DNA from: Camelus ferus
Taxonomy: Eukaryota
Direction: 5' to 3'
DNA: 64,000 nt
NCBI RefSeq assembly: GCF_009834535.1
Contig: NC_045707.1
Span: 46,006,001 to 46,070,000, forward strand
Shown: in pieces, positions 62,395 to 64,000 of the stretch
Numbering within the stretch: the stretch's first letter is position 1
Layout of the letters: every line of letters starts with the position of its first letter
Translations under genes and position numbers: made by a program
The notes under the pieces: model-generated
What the model saw: the letters and a program-made list of their open reading frames with translations, nothing else
What the model was told of the DNA's origin: nothing
Database searches by the model: none

Positions 62395-62610
62395 GGATGA
62401 TGATGAGTTTTATAGTGCTTACAACAGGCACTATTTTAGAAACTACGTTGGTACATTTCATTCTCAGAATAGACTACAGGGCTGTTGCTTTTATTGGCCC
62501 CATATGACGGATGAGGAAGCTGAGGTTAAGAAAATTGCCTCAAGTCACACACTTTGGTAAGAGACAGAACTGGATGTGAACCTTGTCATTGGCTCAGAAT
62601 CCATATTCCT
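62395..62610 (-). mobile_element. MIR (candidate exonised)
   Basis: 'ccccatatgacggatgaggaagctgaggttaagaaaattgcctcaagtcacaca'. Confidence 0.7.
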
Positions 62611-64000
62611 ACCTCCTTTGTCATTCCCCTGGGGAGCACTTCTTTTCTGGGTCAGGGACACGCTCTTTAATGGAGAATGTGGACTGTAATCCAGAACAAC
62701 AATCTTTTCCAGCTTTTGTGGACAAAGTTGGGTGTTAGTCTTGGCTTGGTTACTGTGACCTTTGTGACCATGCTCTGTGACCTTTGGTAAGTTCTTTCTC
62801 CTCTCTGGGCCCCTGTGGGCCTTCTCAGCTCTCAAATTCTGTGTCTTTGTAGTGGAAAGAGCTGAACACAGGCGGCATTCAAGGGCAGACCCAGAATGAC
62901 AGGAACATTGCTCCCTTGGATTTTACGGGCTAAGTTAAAGCGGTCCTCATGATAGGTAAACCCCATGACATACTTCCTTTGGAAACTTTGAGGTCTTGGG
63001 GCTTTTGTGGCTGACCAGTGAGTGTGGAGACTGAAGGCCACGTGCACTTCATGGTGCAGGTGCCAGTCACATTGTTGGTGTCTCTTTCCAGATGTTCTCT
63101 GAGGTGTGTGCCTAGAGGGATGTGTGGAAAGACTTGGGCTCTTCAGGGGCAGTGTGTCCTGGTGGGCTGCTGGGGTGGGCTAGGTGAGCCAGGGGTGACC
63201 ACTGTACTCTTTAAGACATTGGAGATGAGATGTGGTCTGCCTGGTACCACAGATACTTTTCCAAGGTCCTGTCCCCCAACTCCTGCCCAGTAAAAGGGAA
63301 AGGAGGACCAGAAGATGCTTGTCTTAGAGAATAGAGTTCACCCCCGGGCAGTTTCCCTTCCCTTTTCATATACAAAGTATATGAAAAAGTACGAGTTTTT
63401 GCACTTGGCTGGATTCCAGCTGTAGACCAGGAAGCAGCCAGCACCGAACCATGGCCCCTTCTTTGCTCTGTGGGTGGTGGTGGTCGTCGTCTGGGGCAGG
63501 GCCTGGTAATCATGTCACTGTGGCAGCTCCTCTGGCAGGTGGCTTTATTTTCTCATATTATTTCTCCCTGTTTGCCAGGCATCTCTGAGGAAAGGCTGAC
63601 ATTTTCTTCTCCATCCAGTTCTCCTAGAAACAAACAAGAAAAATATTATCTAGTAAATTATTTTTCAGTTGTTGACGTGGAAAATACCTTGCTTTTACCA
63701 GGGGATGGGACAACTTTTGTTCTCTCCGGTGAGATGATTTGAGGACTTTATTTCCAGGTCTAAGTCCCCAGGACAAGGAATGAGGGTTACAAAGAGCCCT
63801 GGTTATGTTTGGGCAGTGGGGGTCGGAGATAAATTGAACAGAGCAGTGACGAAGCACTAAATGTACACTGAGAACATGCACGGGTCAGTTACATTTTCAT
63901 GCTTCCTGAGGGAACTATGGTTGTGGCGATGGTGATAATGATGTGCTGATGAGAAAAATAATAACATCACATTTGTTAAGTACTTCCCATGTGCTAGATA

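Noticed and set aside
1..64000. CRISPR array, prokaryotic operon, NUMT, rRNA or intact retroviral genes
   Set aside because: No regularly spaced repeats, gene-dense segment, or mitochondrial, rRNA or gag/pol/env-like sequence was recognised.

Overview
Mammalian genomic DNA, most likely camelid: it carries a Vic-1-like tRNA-derived SINE and cetartiodactyl-type L1 3' ends. Much of the window is decayed transposable elements (MIR, L2, L3/CR1, old and younger L1, HAL1-like, MaLR/ERVL/ERV1 solo LTRs, hAT and Tigger MITEs). The only clear gene signal is a CpG-island promoter at about 33.1-34.3 kb with a + strand first exon ending GGCACC-ATG-AGG-AGG|GTGAGT (Met-Arg-Arg, phase 0). I could not name the gene and found no confident second coding exon in the remaining ~30 kb. 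Bases 1-33 kb look intergenic. Best observations: (1) a 61-bp templated copy of a MIR|L1|MITE double junction 1487 bp downstream, with a fold-back flank; (2) a perfect DR4 nuclear-receptor element made by a 10-bp tandem duplication; (3) an antisense-MIR candidate exon that is stop-free in frame with MRR; (4) a MER53 hairpin with the miR-1302 seed; (5) an ORF2-less HAL1-like element; (6) an orphan 3'UTR-like insert in a MIR. I found no convincing novel multi-gene system. Repeat family names come from recalled consensus sequences, not a database search, and boundaries without a stated TSD are approximate.
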